DNA of 63,134 nucleotides, the filler included, from Chiloscyllium plagiosum (taxonomy: Eukaryota): assembly GCF_004010195.1 (NCBI RefSeq). It is 4 parts of one record of this genome, joined end to end, with 100 filler letters (N's around TTAATTAATTAA, not from the genome) between each part and the next. Parts side by side here need not be neighbours in the genome. Positions count along the whole stretch, not along the records: positions 1 to 20,272 come from NC_057712.1; positions 20,373 to 44,632 come from NC_057712.1; 2 more parts are not named here. The stretch is one strand, 5' to 3'. The translations under genes were made by a program, and so were the position numbers. Each line of letters opens with the position of its first letter. The stretch's first letter is position 1. The notes beneath the pieces are model-generated. The model had not been told where the DNA came from and did no database searches. It saw nothing but the letters and a program-made list of their open reading frames with translations. This document shows, piece after piece, positions 11,931 to 25,348 of the stretch.

Positions 11931-14904
11931 AGAAGAGGCTTACTCATTCGTAGAATGTGGGCATCTTTTGCTTGGCCATCATTTATTGCTCATCCAGAGT
12001 GTGAAGTCCTACATAAACTATTTCTGTTCCTTTAATTCTCTGACAACCTCCACTCCTTCCCCATCCCATCCCCACGATTTGAGACTGACTAAATGGCAGA
12101 GTAAAGCAGCAGGCAGACATGACAAACCTACTATTTTTTTCCCTGAAAAGGACTGTACAGGGGTATATCTTTTGCAAGCATTTTTTTTTCTTACAGATTT
12201 TATTTTTGTAAAGTTGGATAAGATAATTATTGACACTTTAACAAAAAGGTGACCCTGGGACACACTGATGGGTTTAGAAATTATAAGTGAAGAAAGCTGG
12301 AAACAAAGTGATGAAATTCATGATGAGACTGGAGGGAATGAAAAGGAAACAATTAGTATTGCAGACACTCCTCTGGAACAGACTGAATTTGAACTGAGGC
12401 TTTCTGACTCAGAGGTAAGGATACTCCCCTGTACTATAAGACCCCCTTCACAGCAATGTTAGTCTTGTCATATATTTAGGCATAATTGCACAGTTAAGGA
12501 GTTTAATAAGTTTGCTTACAATAATCTGCAAGCACCTGCTAAAGAGCTAACCAACACTGTTAAGTAAAATAATACTACTCCATGTCATGTAAAACATAGA
12601 AGGCAGGTGTATGGTTTTGAAAATGTATCCCTTTATCAAACATCTGGCAAAATGATCATGAAGTTGGAGGTGGTAGAGAAAAGTGAACATTTTCCACTTG
12701 AATTATTTCCTAATGCCAAATCCAGAACCTTAATCCAACATGAGATTTATTTTTGTTAATAATCTGAGCAATTGACTGTCATTCATCATCAATGATCAGG
12801 CCACCTAGGTACTGGAGGAAACCTGCTGATCTGACAATGAACATTTTCCAACTGTCATTAAGAGAGTGATTGTGTGACAAGTTAGACCCAGGACTATGTG
12901 TGTCACGTCGTTAAATTTAGATGAAAACTTGTCAAGAAGGTGAGAAAATATTTTGTCAACAGTTTCTTGTACTGTGAAATCTTCACTGTCACTGCTGTTT
13001 GAGCTTAAGGGAAACCCAATAAACATTCAACACTGATAAGAAACAAAGACTGATTTGGAATGATTAAAGAGTGCAGACCAGTAAAGAGGTACATCATAAT
13101 GTGTTAGCTCCATAGTACTGACATGGAAGCAGTAGAGTGCCAATGATAGCTGCCACATTGCACAATTCATGCTTACCTTGGAGGATAATACATTTGTGTT
13201 TGAACAAAGGATCTAATTCAGGTTGATGAACAGCTCAAGAGAACACGTGTTAAAGGATAAGTCTAGAGCTTGTCAACAGAAGTTAATGACCAATGCATCA
13301 CCACCTCCTATTCCTCTCCTCAGGAATTCTTATAAATGCTTTCCAGATCCTACATATTTTCTTGGCTTTAACTTCCAGTGGGGATCCACAGAACTCCACA
13401 TTAGAAAAGCACTTGATTTAACTCACAATAAGTTAACTCTTGCTCCAGAATACCAGCAAAGCAGCTTGAAATTTGAATCTAAATTGCCAAAAATAAACAT
13501 GAGGCAGTGAGAACAAGAAATGCTGAAAACGATAATGTAATTTTCAAAAATGTAGGGCAAACAATCAGACAAGCATCAGATGCTTTGGTCCAGTTCCCAA
13601 AAATAGTGGGAATGAAATTTTCCTTTTTGCATAAACAGTGAGGTTTCATTATGTTTCCTTTTTATTAAGCACATTACTAAGAGAGTGAAATTGTCTTTGT
13701 TGGAAGTTTTGGGGGTGCCAAAAAAAATTACAGAAGTAGAAGAATAGAACAGTCAAGGGCAATGAAGCTGTCTTTATATCTGTGGAGAACAATATATCCT
13801 TAGTGCAATCTTTTTTGTAGAAGTGTGAATTTTTTAATGAAGAATCAGTGAGATTCAGTACAGAGCATTCAGATCCAGAACTCCACATGCTTTTAGAAAC
13901 AGAAATTTCTTCACTGTCCTTCTAGACTCCCTCTGCTGGTACATGTATCATAAATTTAAAAGGACAATTTGTATCTTGCAATTAGCATTATACAATATCT
14001 ATCTTTTCTTGGAATAGCATATTTCAATGGTTCATTTGCAAAAATGTGAATAATAAACTTAAACAAGAGATTTAAGTTTTTTTCTGTGTTGTTCAAGTAT
14101 TTCTGCTTTGCCCTACTATTCAGTCCAGATGCAAAGCCAGACAGCTTGTCATGGTGGATATGTGACTGCATACCTATGCTATATCCATCTCATACCTACA
14201 TGATATGCCAGCAGGAAACGTGGCAAACACACTGCATATGCATCAACCAAATGGCCATGTCTCCATAGGGTGGGATTATTAGTCAAATTAAGGGAGACAC
14301 CCTTCCTTCAAGAGATCCCAGTATATTAAGTTAATGGCACATTTAGCATCAGTCCTGGGGCTTAGACACAATTAATCAACCACTTCGGGCAGTCATGATC
14401 AGGATCACCATGTGTCCTGGCTCTTTCTGCCCTAAAATGTACTGTTTCTTCTCTAATGAGAGAAGGGGAAAACTTGAGTGAGATGAAATTGGTTAACATG
14501 GTTGTTAGTGCTGGTGTAACTGGAACAAAGAAACAAGGTTCCCAAGTGAATGGATGATGCAGAGGCCATATAGTAGTCTGGGCGATCCTGTGGGTGAAAG
14601 CAATTGAGGGAAGGCATTGCATATGATAGTGGAAGAACATACGCTCTGGTGGGAGGTCAGTATGGTAGCAGAGTGTGAGGTATCAGAGAGAAGATGGTGA
14701 CACTTACCCTTTCAGTGTGAAGAAGACCCTCTTGGGACATTACCGGGTGTCCCTTTGGACAGCTGAAACTGTACTGAACAGGCGAGCAGAGTCATGACCT
14801 CCTCTGCTTGTCCTGGGGCAAGAAGATGGCCCTTCTCTTCACCATGTTGTCTACTAGTTCCCTGTCTGCAAAGTGGGGTTCCAATTTTTCCTCAGAGAGT
14901 CAGA

Positions 14905-16245
14905 GAGTCATTGAGTGATACAGTACAGAAACAAACCCTTTGGTCCAAACAGTCCATGCTGAACATAACGGCAAACTATACTGGTCCCACCTACCTGCTC
15001 CTGGCAAATATCCCTTCAATCTTATGCTTATCCAAATGTCTTTTAAATGTTGAAATTACACCTGCATCCACAACTTCCTCAAAGTTTATTCCACATGCAA
15101 AATACTCTGTGTAAAACAAGTTTGCCCCTCATGTCTTTTTAAAATCTTTCTCCTCTCACCTTAAAAATGTGCCCCCAGTTTTGAAATCACCCATCCTAGG
15201 GAAAAGACAACCACCATTAACTCTATCCATACTCCTCATTATTTTATAGACTTCTTTCTGATTGCATTTCAACCTCCTATGCTCCAGTGAAAAAAGCCCC
15301 AGCCTATCCAGCCTTTCTTTATAACTCAAACCTTCTATACCTTGCAACATCCTGGTAAATCTCTAGCAACCTGTCTGCAGCTTAATAATATCCTTTCTAT
15401 TATTGGGCTACCAGAACTGGACACAGGATTCCAGAAGAGGCCTCACCAAAGTCCTGTACAACCTCCACATGACCTCCCAACTCCTATAGAGATAGTGAAA
15501 ACTACAGATGCTGGAGATTCAAAGTGGATAACAATTTGAGCTGGAAAAAGCACAGCAGGTCAAGCAGCATCACAGGAGGAGGGGAGTCGATGTTTCAGGT
15601 CGGAACCTTTCATCAGTCCTGATGAAAGGCACCAATCTGAAACATTGACTTCCCTTCCGCTCTGATGCTGCTTGACCTGCTGTGCTTTTTCCAGCTCCAA
15701 TCTTTATTCCCAACTCCTGTACTCAAAGGACTGAGCAATGAAAGTAAGCATGACAAACGCCTTTTTAACCAACATGTCTCTATGTGTTGCAAACTTCAAA
15801 GAATTATGTACCAGCACCTAGAGTCCCTCTCTTCTACAGCACTACCCAAGCCCCTACCATTAATTGTGTAAGCTCTACCCTTGTTTGTTGTACCAAAATG
15901 TAATACTTCTCATTTATCCAGATTGAACTCCATCTGCCATTTTTCAGCTCATTGACCCCTTTGATCAAGATCCCTTTATAATCTTAGAAAAACTTCTTCA
16001 CTGTTTATTATGTCACCAATTTTGGTGTCGTCTGCAAACTTACTAACCATGCCTTTGACATTCTCATTCAAATCATTTATATAAATGACAAACAAAAGAG
16101 GACCAAGGACCCATCCTGTGGAACACCACTGGTCACAGGCCTCCAGTCTGAAAAGAAACCCTTCACCACCAGTCCCTGTCTCCTGCTGTTAAGGCAAGCT
16201 CCCCCTGAATCCCATGACCTAACTTTACTAATTAGACTGCCAAGT
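14905..16245 (-). mobile_element. HER1-related CR1 3' fragment containing a PLE foldback insert
   Basis: SDWRPVTSGVPQ and YKERLDRLGLFSLE motifs; AGAGTC-type tail at ~14895-14912. Confidence 0.85.
15486..15707. mobile_element. Foldback non-autonomous PLE-derived element with HHR cores on both strands
   Basis: Inverted arms GCTGGAAAAAGCACAGCAGGTCAAGCAGCATCA / TGATGCTGCTTGACCTGCTGTGCTTTTTCCAGC. Centre CCTTTCATCAG-TC-CTGATGAAAGG at 15606-15629. TSD TCCCAACTCCT at 15475-85 and 15708-18. Confidence 0.85.
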
Positions 16246-16539
16246 CCAAGGCATGTTGTGCAGTTCTGGACTGCTAGCACATGATCAGATGACAACAGCC
16301 TTTTAAATATGGTACTTATGCCAGGGATCCCAGAATATCCTGGTGGCGGCAATTCCTTCTGCCTCCGGTGAGTGAGAAAATCAAGCATTGGATGAGTGGG
16401 ATGCCATTGGGGTATTGTACCTGGTTTTGAGGTGAGTTTGGGATGATAGTGCAAGAAAAATAATTGGATCTGACAGAGAGTGACACTCTCCAAGAAACTC
16501 AGCAAAACGTATACATAGCTGATTTCTGGTAACCATCAA

Positions 16540-18290
16540 TCCATTATATTCCATCTGTCATGTTCTAGTCCATTCAGTTGTCCTGTCTAAATCCTCTTGA
16601 AGCCTCTTGCATTGTCCTCACAACTTACATTCTCAATTTAGTGACGTCAGCAAATTTTGAAATGTTACAATTGATCCCCAAATCATTTACATGGATTGTG
16701 AATAGGTATGGACTTAGCATGATGGTATTCTCACTAGTAACAGTTTGTCATCCTAGAATGATCCATTTATTCCTGCTTCCGCTTTCTGTCAGTTGATTAA
16801 TTCTCAATCCATACCTGTACATTTCTCCCGAATCCATGTACTCTAATTTTGTACTAATTTCTTGTCTGGGGTATTATCAAAAGCCTTATAAAATTCAAAT
16901 CCAGCACATTCACTGGTTCTCCATTATCAATACTACAATTAGTATTCTCATAAAAACTTGAGATTTGTCACATGTCGAGTCGTCACATCCTTTATGAAAA
17001 ATTCCCACATTTTCTCTACCATGGAGGTCAAACTAATATTAGGTAGTTATGCAAACCAAAACATACCTGTAAGGCTTCATTCTCTTTCTTCTTCCCTTCT
17101 TAACCAGTACGATTACTTTTGTTCTTTTCCAGTTCAGAGGAACCTTTTGTAAAATCTATAGAATTTTGAAAGAGAACCACTAGTGCATGCTTTTTGTTTC
17201 TAGCCACCTACTTCAGTACTTAGGGACACAGCTCATCTGGTCCAGGTGATTTATCAGCCTTCAGTGCAGTTAAGTTTCAAGTGCTACCTCTTTACAGATA
17301 AAATTATTTTAGCTCCTCCGTTGCACAATCACGTCATCTCCTAGTATTTCTGGAAATCTTTTATATCTCCTTGTGAAGATAGAAGGTAAGTAACCACACA
17401 GTTTCTCTAGTCTTCACCACAGATGTTCCTATCTCAGTCTGTAATCGGCCCCCATTTGTTATAGCTGATCTTTACTTTTCCTGGTCCTCTTTAACTGGCT
17501 TTTAAAGCGCTTCCAAACATCAGATTTGTCACTTTTACTGCCATCATTATATTTGATCTCATGCAATCTTGAACTTTTTTCATTAACCATGGTTAATTTA
17601 CCTTTTCCTTTGGGTATTTGCATGTTGGGAGAATTTATATCTGTTGCAGTGACTGTGTAGTATTCTTCAAATATTAGTCATTGCCTGGCTACCATGAAAT
17701 AATTTTGTTTATATTTCCAAACCACTGTTGATAATTTGACCCTCATAACTTCATAAACTGAGATTCTTAAATCCTGAGAAAATAATTAGAATACATTATG
17801 CATGACTCTATCATAGTATGTTTGCTATTCTCAGAAGTTACGTTATAACAAGGTGATTACCCTGTTACACACAACAGTAAATCCCAGATAGTCCAATCCT
17901 AAATTGGCTTCTCAACTACTCTGGACATGTACTTTATCCACACCCCAGGAATTCATCCTCCACAGCATTTGTACTGATTTGGTTAATCCAATCTATGTGT
18001 AAATTGAAGTCAACTATTATTACTCCACCACCCATGTTACAATTTTCTTGATTTATGTTATTCCCAACATTATCACAGTTTGTGATTCACAAACAATTCT
18101 CATCAATGTTTGCTGCCCCTTGCTGTTTCATAGCTCCAGCCAAGCTGTTCATCCTGATTTAGGAATGTAACTCCATCCTTTTCATTTTTGCCCGTCCTTC
18201 CTAAATGCCCAGTATCTTTGAATATTTAACTCTGAACATTGGTTACCTTGCCTCGCCTCCATAATGACAATGAAATCATATCTTTTTACT
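16540..18290 (-). mobile_element. Highly decayed CR1-type ORF2 remnant
   Basis: Residual SKFAD (gtcagcaaattttga on +) and LNFIRL/DKxP-like segments in CR1 order; no long ORF. Confidence 0.55.
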
Positions 18291-18291
18291 T

Positions 18292-18912
18292 CATAGAGTC
18301 AGAGTCATAGCGATGTACAGCACGGAAACAGACTATTCGGTCCAACTCATCCATGCCGACCAGATATCCCAACCCAAGCTAGGCCCACCTGCCAGCACCT
18401 GACCCATATCCCTCCAAAACCTTCCTATTCATATACCCATCCAAATGCTTTTTAAATGTTGCAATTGTACCAGCCTCCACCACTTCCTTTGGCAGCTCAT
18501 TCCATTCACGTACCACCCTCTGCGTGAAAAAGTTGCCCCTTAGGTCTCTTTTATATCTTTCCCTTCTCACCCTAAACCTATGCCATCTAGTTCTGGACTC
18601 CCCCACCCCAAGGAAAAGACTTTGTCTATTTATCCTATCCATGCTCCTCATGATTTTGTAAACCTCTATAAGGTCACCCCTCAGCCTCCGACGTTCCAGA
18701 AAAAATAGCTCCAGCCTGTTCAGCCTTTCCTTATAGCTCAAATCCTCCAACCCTGGCAACATCCTTGTAAATCTTTTCTGAACCCTTTCAAGTTTCACAA
18801 CATCTTTCCGATAGGAGGGAGACCAGAATTGCACGCAATATTCCAACAGTGGCCTAACCAACGTCCTGTACATGATCTCCCAACTCCTGTACTCCATACT
18901 CTGATCATTCAA
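18292..18912 (-). mobile_element. HER1-type CR1 3' end
   Basis: ORF 18379-18912 (LVRPLLEYCVQFWSP...FKKHLDGYM) and CATAGAGT tail. Confidence 0.92.
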
Positions 18913-19038
18913 ATTATACCCAAATGATCATCCTTTTTGTGAATGGTACATGCATTCTGACAGAGGGTATCTAATTCGGCTTCTTTAACATTGTTCTGCA
19001 TTCTGATTCTGATTCCATTTCTTCATCTGTCTTCTGTT

Positions 19039-19340
19039 TTAGATTAGATTAGATTAAATTCTCTACAGTACAGGAACAGGCCCTTTGGCTCGACAAGTAC
19101 ACACCAACCCTCCAAAGAGTAACCCACCCAGACCCATTCCCCATATTTATCCCTGACTAATGCACCTAACACTATGGGCTATCTAGCATGACTAACACAC
19201 CTAAGTTGCACAGTTTTTGAATTTTGGGAAGAAAACAGAACATCCAGAGGAAACCCACGCAGGCATGGGGAGAATGTGCAAACTCCACACAGACGGTTGC
19301 TGTGAGGTAGCAGTGCTAACCACTGAGCCACCATACTATC
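19039..19340 (-). mobile_element. HE1-type V-SINE, diverged, with the B-box region deleted
   Basis: Aligns by eye to 668-980. The segment between ACACAGAC and GCTGTGAGG is missing. Confidence 0.85.
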
Positions 19341-19874
19341 CCTAGCTTTCTACTTTTCGACATCCTTAGATGTTCAGGAAATGTTGACATTTGAGTTGCA
19401 TGACATGAAAACACTGATTAATTTTGTGTTCTATAATATGGTCAATTCCTGGAAGCCATATATTTTTCGTAAGCAGTTGTTTGTTTTTGACAAATCCCTG
19501 GTGATCTTGATGTGCTTTACCTGCAACAACCTGCCTAAATAATTATGGAATGACAATACAGTTGCAGCATAACAGGAGATCAGATGTGGTTTAATGGTGA
19601 GCACAGTTGAAGCATGGAGAAGAAATGGCATATGAGTGATTTCATTTGTAGACATGTGTTCATTTATCACACAGTTGCAATGCCTCATCTATTTTTGCCA
19701 CCATTTTGATGTCAGTTAGTTTTAGTGACTTTAGTACTGTGTTTTGCATAGTTATGACATTATCAAGGTCAGGTAAGCGCTGAGTAAGTTGCTTCTCTGT
19801 CTACTTTGTGACCTGAAATGGTATTTGGCACCATTAATACATGACTGGGCACTTTAGACTCTATGTACAGTTTG

Positions 19875-20272
19875 ACAATAGACAATAGACAATAGGTGCA
19901 GGAGTAGGCCATTCAGCCCTTCAAGCCTGCACCACCATTCAATATAATCATGGCTGATCATTCCTAATCAGTATCCTGTTCCTGCCTTATCTCCATAACC
20001 CTTGATTCCACTATCTTTGAGAGTTCTATCCAACTCTTTCTTAAATGAATCCAGAGAGTGGGCCTCCACTGCCCTCTGGGGCAGAGCATTCCACACAGCC
20101 ACCACTCTCTGGGTGAAGAAGTTTCTCCTCATCTCTGTCCTAAATGGTCTACCCCGTATTTTTAAGCTGTGTCCTCTGGTTCAGCACTCACCCATCAGCG
20201 GAAACATGTTTCCTGCCTCCAGAATGTCCAATCCTTTAATAATCTTATACATCTCAATCAGATCCCCTCTCA
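19875..20272 (-). mobile_element. CR1 LINE 3' end with (GACAATA)n tail
   Basis: C-terminal ORF2 and 3' UTR, ending at an assembly spacer. Confidence 0.85.
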
Positions 20273-20372
20273 NNNNNNNNNNNNNNNNNNNNNNNNNNNN
20301 NNNNNNNNNNNNNNNNTTAATTAATTAANNNNNNNNNNNNNNNNNNNNNNNNNNNNNNNNNNNNNNNNNNNN
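20273..20372. other. Assembly spacer N44-TTAATTAATTAA-N44 (also at 44633-44732 and 56768-56867)
   Basis: Three identical 100-bp spacers; the 12-mer has stop codons in all six frames. Confidence 0.95.
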
Positions 20373-21190
20373 GTAGTATGTTCCTCCTCTTCTTCCCGAC
20401 ATCATTTGTGCCGACATGTACCACCACCTCTGGCTCTTCACCCTCATCCTTGAGGATTTCCTGCACTCTGTCCGCGATGTCTTTCACCCTGGCACCAGGA
20501 AGGCAACACACCATCCTTAAATCCCGTCTGCTGCCACAAAAACCCCAGTCAGTTCCTCTCCCTCTATTACCTCTATTACCACGGCTCTGTGCGATGTCCG
20601 ACTCTTCCGCTCTGCCTCTGCGGCAACTTTTGATTGACAAACTTGGCGGCCTTGCGAACTGGCAGTGTCATCAGTCTCTGTTTCCAAAAGCTTCAACTTG
20701 TTCCTGACAGGTACTTCTCCCGGGGTCTCTTGCACCTGTCTCCTCTCTGCCTTCCTCATCGTCTGCTCTCTTCTGCTCTCTTCTGGCATGATTGGTGTAA
20801 TAACCATGCTGAAGGTCTTGTCCAGAAAGATCTCGTTCTCTCGGATGAGCTTAAGATCTTTGAGTTCTTTCGTCAGCGCTGCAATATGCTCGGTCAATTG
20901 CTGAATGTGCACACATTTTCCACACATATACGAGCCAGACACACCAGAGTCGTTGACCTCCCACATCAAGCACGTAGCGCACTGAACCAGCTGGGCAGTC
21001 ATGTCTTCCCCCTCTTCAACTGTGGTGTAATCACTCAACCTCCTTGTCAAAGATTCCTGAGCTGAAGCCTCACTCTTCGATCTAAACTTCCTTAGACCCT
21101 CTTTTTGTGGCCCGTCTGTGGACTCTTAATTAAGGTTAGAGGAGGAGGGAGGGAGGGAGACCCTACTTTGTAGGACCTGGGGTTTAGTTT
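20373..21190 (-). mobile_element. CR1 LINE 5' end: 5' UTR and ORF1 (zinc finger/leucine zipper plus SGNH esterase)
   Basis: MTAQLVQCATCLMWEV..YMCGKC..LTKELKDLKL, then VCCLPGARVKD..VVVHVGTND. There is a frameshift at the expected GDS motif. Confidence 0.88.
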
Positions 21191-24100
21191 GTGTGTAACA
21201 TCTTTCATTTTGCTGATATCAGTGAACTGGATATCATACAGTTCAAGAATGTTGTTAGTATGAATAGAAACTGTGTATGTGATGGCAATCATGAGCAGAT
21301 ATGGAAACTGATATGTATGTCACATTTTCCAGATATACAATAGAATGCAGCATTCACTCTAGTGAGTTGGACCTTTCAAAGGCTCTCAGAGACTTCAATG
21401 CTGTTCCAATCTTGGAAAAGAAAATTGTTGATTTCCCTGGTATATTCAGTGTTACCCACTTCTACGCAGGTTACTGTTGCCCTTTTGTTATGAGTGTGCG
21501 ACATTCAGCTGGTGGTATTGATTTTACAAGTTGAGTTTGATAATGAGTGATAAACATAAGCAAAGTGGTCAGATTTTACAAAAGCTTTACGTTGTTTGCA
21601 GGTAGCAGGATATTCTGTCCAGTGTGAATAAGCACCACCGTAGAAAGAGGTGCTTGGACAAATCACAACTCTGAGATTTCTGTTATCATTTTGCAAATTA
21701 TTTCTTGGAATGTGAGCAATGAACAGAGTTCACAGGAGTTGAGTATGGATTATGCTAGTCACTCTTGGCAGCCTCAACTTCAGTAGCTTTGGACTCTGAA
21801 AGTGATAGAGATCTCGTTAACTCAAGCAGCTTTGAAAACTCTCCATCTTTCTCATGTGACTCTCCATACAGTTAACCAGAAGGATAACCTTCCATTGTTT
21901 GTGTTTTGATCTCCTGCTCAATGTGTTTAAAATCAGCTTTGCCACATCTGGCTGTTAGTTGTTACAAATGCAGGCAACATTGATCAATTTTCATGTTTGC
22001 ATCCTGCTCAGTGCATTACATAAGTATTGTTTTCTTATTATAATTTTCTTTGGCATGAAATTATCTGTTAGTGCATTTGTGTCTGACTGTGTGTGGTTTT
22101 ACTCAGGTATCAAAAATACCTGTTAATTCTTCACCTCCATACCGGAGAAGTGAGGTCGATTTTCTTTAGTCATCTGATTGAAAAACTGACCTTTACCCCT
22201 TTGAAACCACTTTTGTCAAATTAGGTAAACAAATGATGGCACGTGAAAACCTGGTAGATCAGGCAGAGACAATGTCACCTTGAACAGCAATGCTAAAGTT
22301 ATGGCAGAAGTAAAGCAGAGCTCAATTGGAAGTTCAAGGCTAGTATGTGCTAAACTAGGACATTGACATGAGGAATTTTAAGAGGATTGGGAACACTTAG
22401 TGACCACTCCATTGACAATTCTGTGCCAATTTACTGCATATTAGCACCTACTATAATGAATGTGCTGTAAAATGTGGAAGAATTTACCCAAAACCTCAGG
22501 TCTGTGGATGTTTGGCTTTGACTTTGTGCTCAATCTATAGTTTGACAAGAAAAATGATCTAAAACAGTCCGAGCTCCTTTCCATAACAATTCTGTGTTAA
22601 CAGGCTGTGTTTATTTTCTATGTTGAGTACACTAATTATTAATGAGGTCTGTGTGTAACTGTTTACATGGGTGATTAGAGATGAGAATTGAGCGTATAGG
22701 CTGCTCCTGAATGAAAGGCCTGTTGAAGTCATCAGCACCAGCCATTCATCAAGCTAAATGTGCTGAATCTGACTGCGAGCAGCGAAATGTCACTTCCAAT
22801 ATGCTTTTCTCATAGAATTCCAAAAGGCAGTTACACGTGATTTTATTTAGGTTATCTGACCGAATAGAGTCCAATAAGATCTGAAATGGTTCAGCGTTGC
22901 AGGTTTCCTGCATTTCCTTTTGTACCTGATTAGTTAGGATGACCAGATTGAAATAAAAGTCAAGGACCTATCCTTCATCTGGTTTGAGTGAGCCGAAATA
23001 CCTCCGTGAATAGATTGGTAATAATTACATGTTAGACAAAAAGTATCTCACATCCCTTTTTCCCACCTTCCAAGCAACGTCTATCTCATTCCAAGAAATG
23101 GATATGTTAGAAAGTAATATCACCATTCTTTCTAGACTAATTGGATTGTGGATTCCTTAGACAGTGTCACTCATTTCACTCAGGCATGGTTGGAGGAAAA
23201 ACAGGAGTGCTGGAAATGCTCAGTATCTAGGGAGTGAGAAACAGAGGCTAAAGTTTTAGGGCATTGACTTTTTGATTCTTGTGAAGCATTATAGACCTGA
23301 AGCATAGTGTTGAATTTTCGTGACCCCAACATTGGCCTTATATAAGGATCCTGAGATTGTTCATTTGCACAACCTATGGCTCGGCCTTGCAGGAGGCAGT
23401 TTCTGATTTGGCTGGCTTCATGTTTAACATCTATTCAGGAATAATTGGCCTACTAAGGCTGAGACCCAATCTAGAGGCCCACACAAAAACACCAGATCAG
23501 CAGACCCACTAGGAAATGGGGATGCTGCTAAGGCAGTCACATGAGGCTGACAGTTGATCAACAGGATGGCCTTTCATTTAATGCCTGGATAGAAGTAATC
23601 CGTTCAAAAGACCTGAAAGCCTGTGAGATAATCTCCCAAAAGATCCAGTTTTGCAGTCTGTCTGTGTGGTGTGGAGCCTTGAACTTTCAGGGCCACCCAG
23701 CCTGCTCTTGGGGGCTGCCTCAGTTGAACTGGAGCCCTTCATCAACATTAGTAAAATACCAGAGAAAACTGATCCATAATTGGGATATGAACTAGACTAA
23801 TTGTCTGCCTGTTTCCAAGGAGAATACAGCCGGCCTGGTTCCCAGTGCATTTCTGAGAAAGATCTCTCAGAGTAGGGAATACCTCGGAGAACTGCCCCAA
23901 GCAGAGTCTGTTATTTTCCTAATTGTCCTCCTAAAACTCATCCACTCCAATCTGATCTCCATAAATCTGGAAAAATTCAGTGCATCAGCTCGGTTTCTGT
24001 CTTCAGATGCTGTGAGACCTGATAAGTATATCCAGCTTTGTGTTCCTTGCTTTTTCAGATTTCCCACATCCACAGTATCTTACTTCGGAGTTTCAAGGTG

Positions 24101-24807
24101 GTTGGCCTCCATTTATATATTGATCATGTCACAGGCAACTACAGGAAAACAGGCATTCAGGATACTTGCAGAGATATGCTGGAGCTGATATAACCAACCT
24201 CTGAAAACAGCAATTCTCTTCCTTTGGGCCAGGTACAACTCCAGCCTGTGGCGAGATTTCCCCCGATCCCCATTGAACTGAGTTTTGCTAGGGCTTCTGA
24301 ATACCATCCTTGGCTAAATACTTTGATTCCTATTTTAATTAGCAGATGTGGACCTCGGGTTTCTGCAATGTTATGTTGGCTTTCTTATCACCATTCTACC
24401 TCAACACTGACATGGCCAACACAACAGATGATGGAACTTTAAGCACAAATTCCTTTCAGTGCAACGGAGTCTGAAATTTTAATGCTAAAACCAGCCCCTG
24501 AACACCTACTGTATTTCTGTGTACCTTCTCAGGGTGAATCAATCTAGTTGTGAATTTTGACAATGTATCTATTTGCAGATCTTTGAGAAAACTTCAGGAA
24601 TTAAGATTTGGCTTTGGCTATTAAGGCACTCAAAGACTCATTTGAAAAGGTTTAAAAAAGTTTTAAGGAGTTGAATAAAGAAAAAAGAATTAAATATTAT
24701 GTATATTTTAAAACATTATTTTGAGTCATTTAAGATTGGACTACTCCCAGATGGCAGGTGACCTTCTAGTTAAATGCTCATTTTTCTTGAAATGTTCATT
24801 TTCTATG

Positions 24808-25348
24808 ATACTAGAGTCATAGAGTCATACAGCATAGAAATATACTTTTTGGTCCAACTCGTCCATGCTGACCAAGTTTCCCAAACTAAACTAATACCAC
24901 TTGCCTGCGTTTTGCCAAATCCCTTTAAACCCTTCCCAGTCAAGTATCTGTCCAAACATCTTTTAAATGTTGTAACCACATTTGAACGAGGGTTTGTGTG
25001 AAAAGGTTGTTCCTCAGGTCCCTTTAACATGTTTCTTGTCTCACCTTAAAAATATGCTCCCTAGATTTAACTCCGAACTGTAGGGGAAAGATCTTGTTAT
25101 TCATGCCCATCATGATTGTAAAAGCCTCTATAAGGTCACCCCCTCAACCTCCTCTGCTCCAGTGAAAAAGTCCCAGCCTATCCTGACAACTCAAACCTTC
25201 CAGTCCCGGCAACATCCTGGCAAATGTTTTCTGAACCCTCTCCAAATTAATATTATCCTCCCTATAGCTGGGTGACCAGAACTGTACAGAGCACTCCAAA
25301 ACTGGCCTCACCAACATCCTGCACAACCTCAACATAACATCTCAATTC
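24808..25348 (-). mobile_element. HER1-type CR1 3' fragment
   Basis: LVRPVLECSVQFWSP and FKRCLDRY motifs; AGAGTCAT tail. Confidence 0.85.

Noticed and set aside
11968..13510. Cluster of short ORFs as host exons
   Set aside because: No recognisable protein similarity or consistent splice structure; possibly an ancient TE that I cannot classify.
20317..20328. TTAATTAATTAA palindrome occurring three times (also 44677 and 56812), considered as piggyBac TTAA sites or a biological motif
   Set aside because: It is always centred in exactly 44+44 Ns and stops all six frames, so it is a scaffolding linker.
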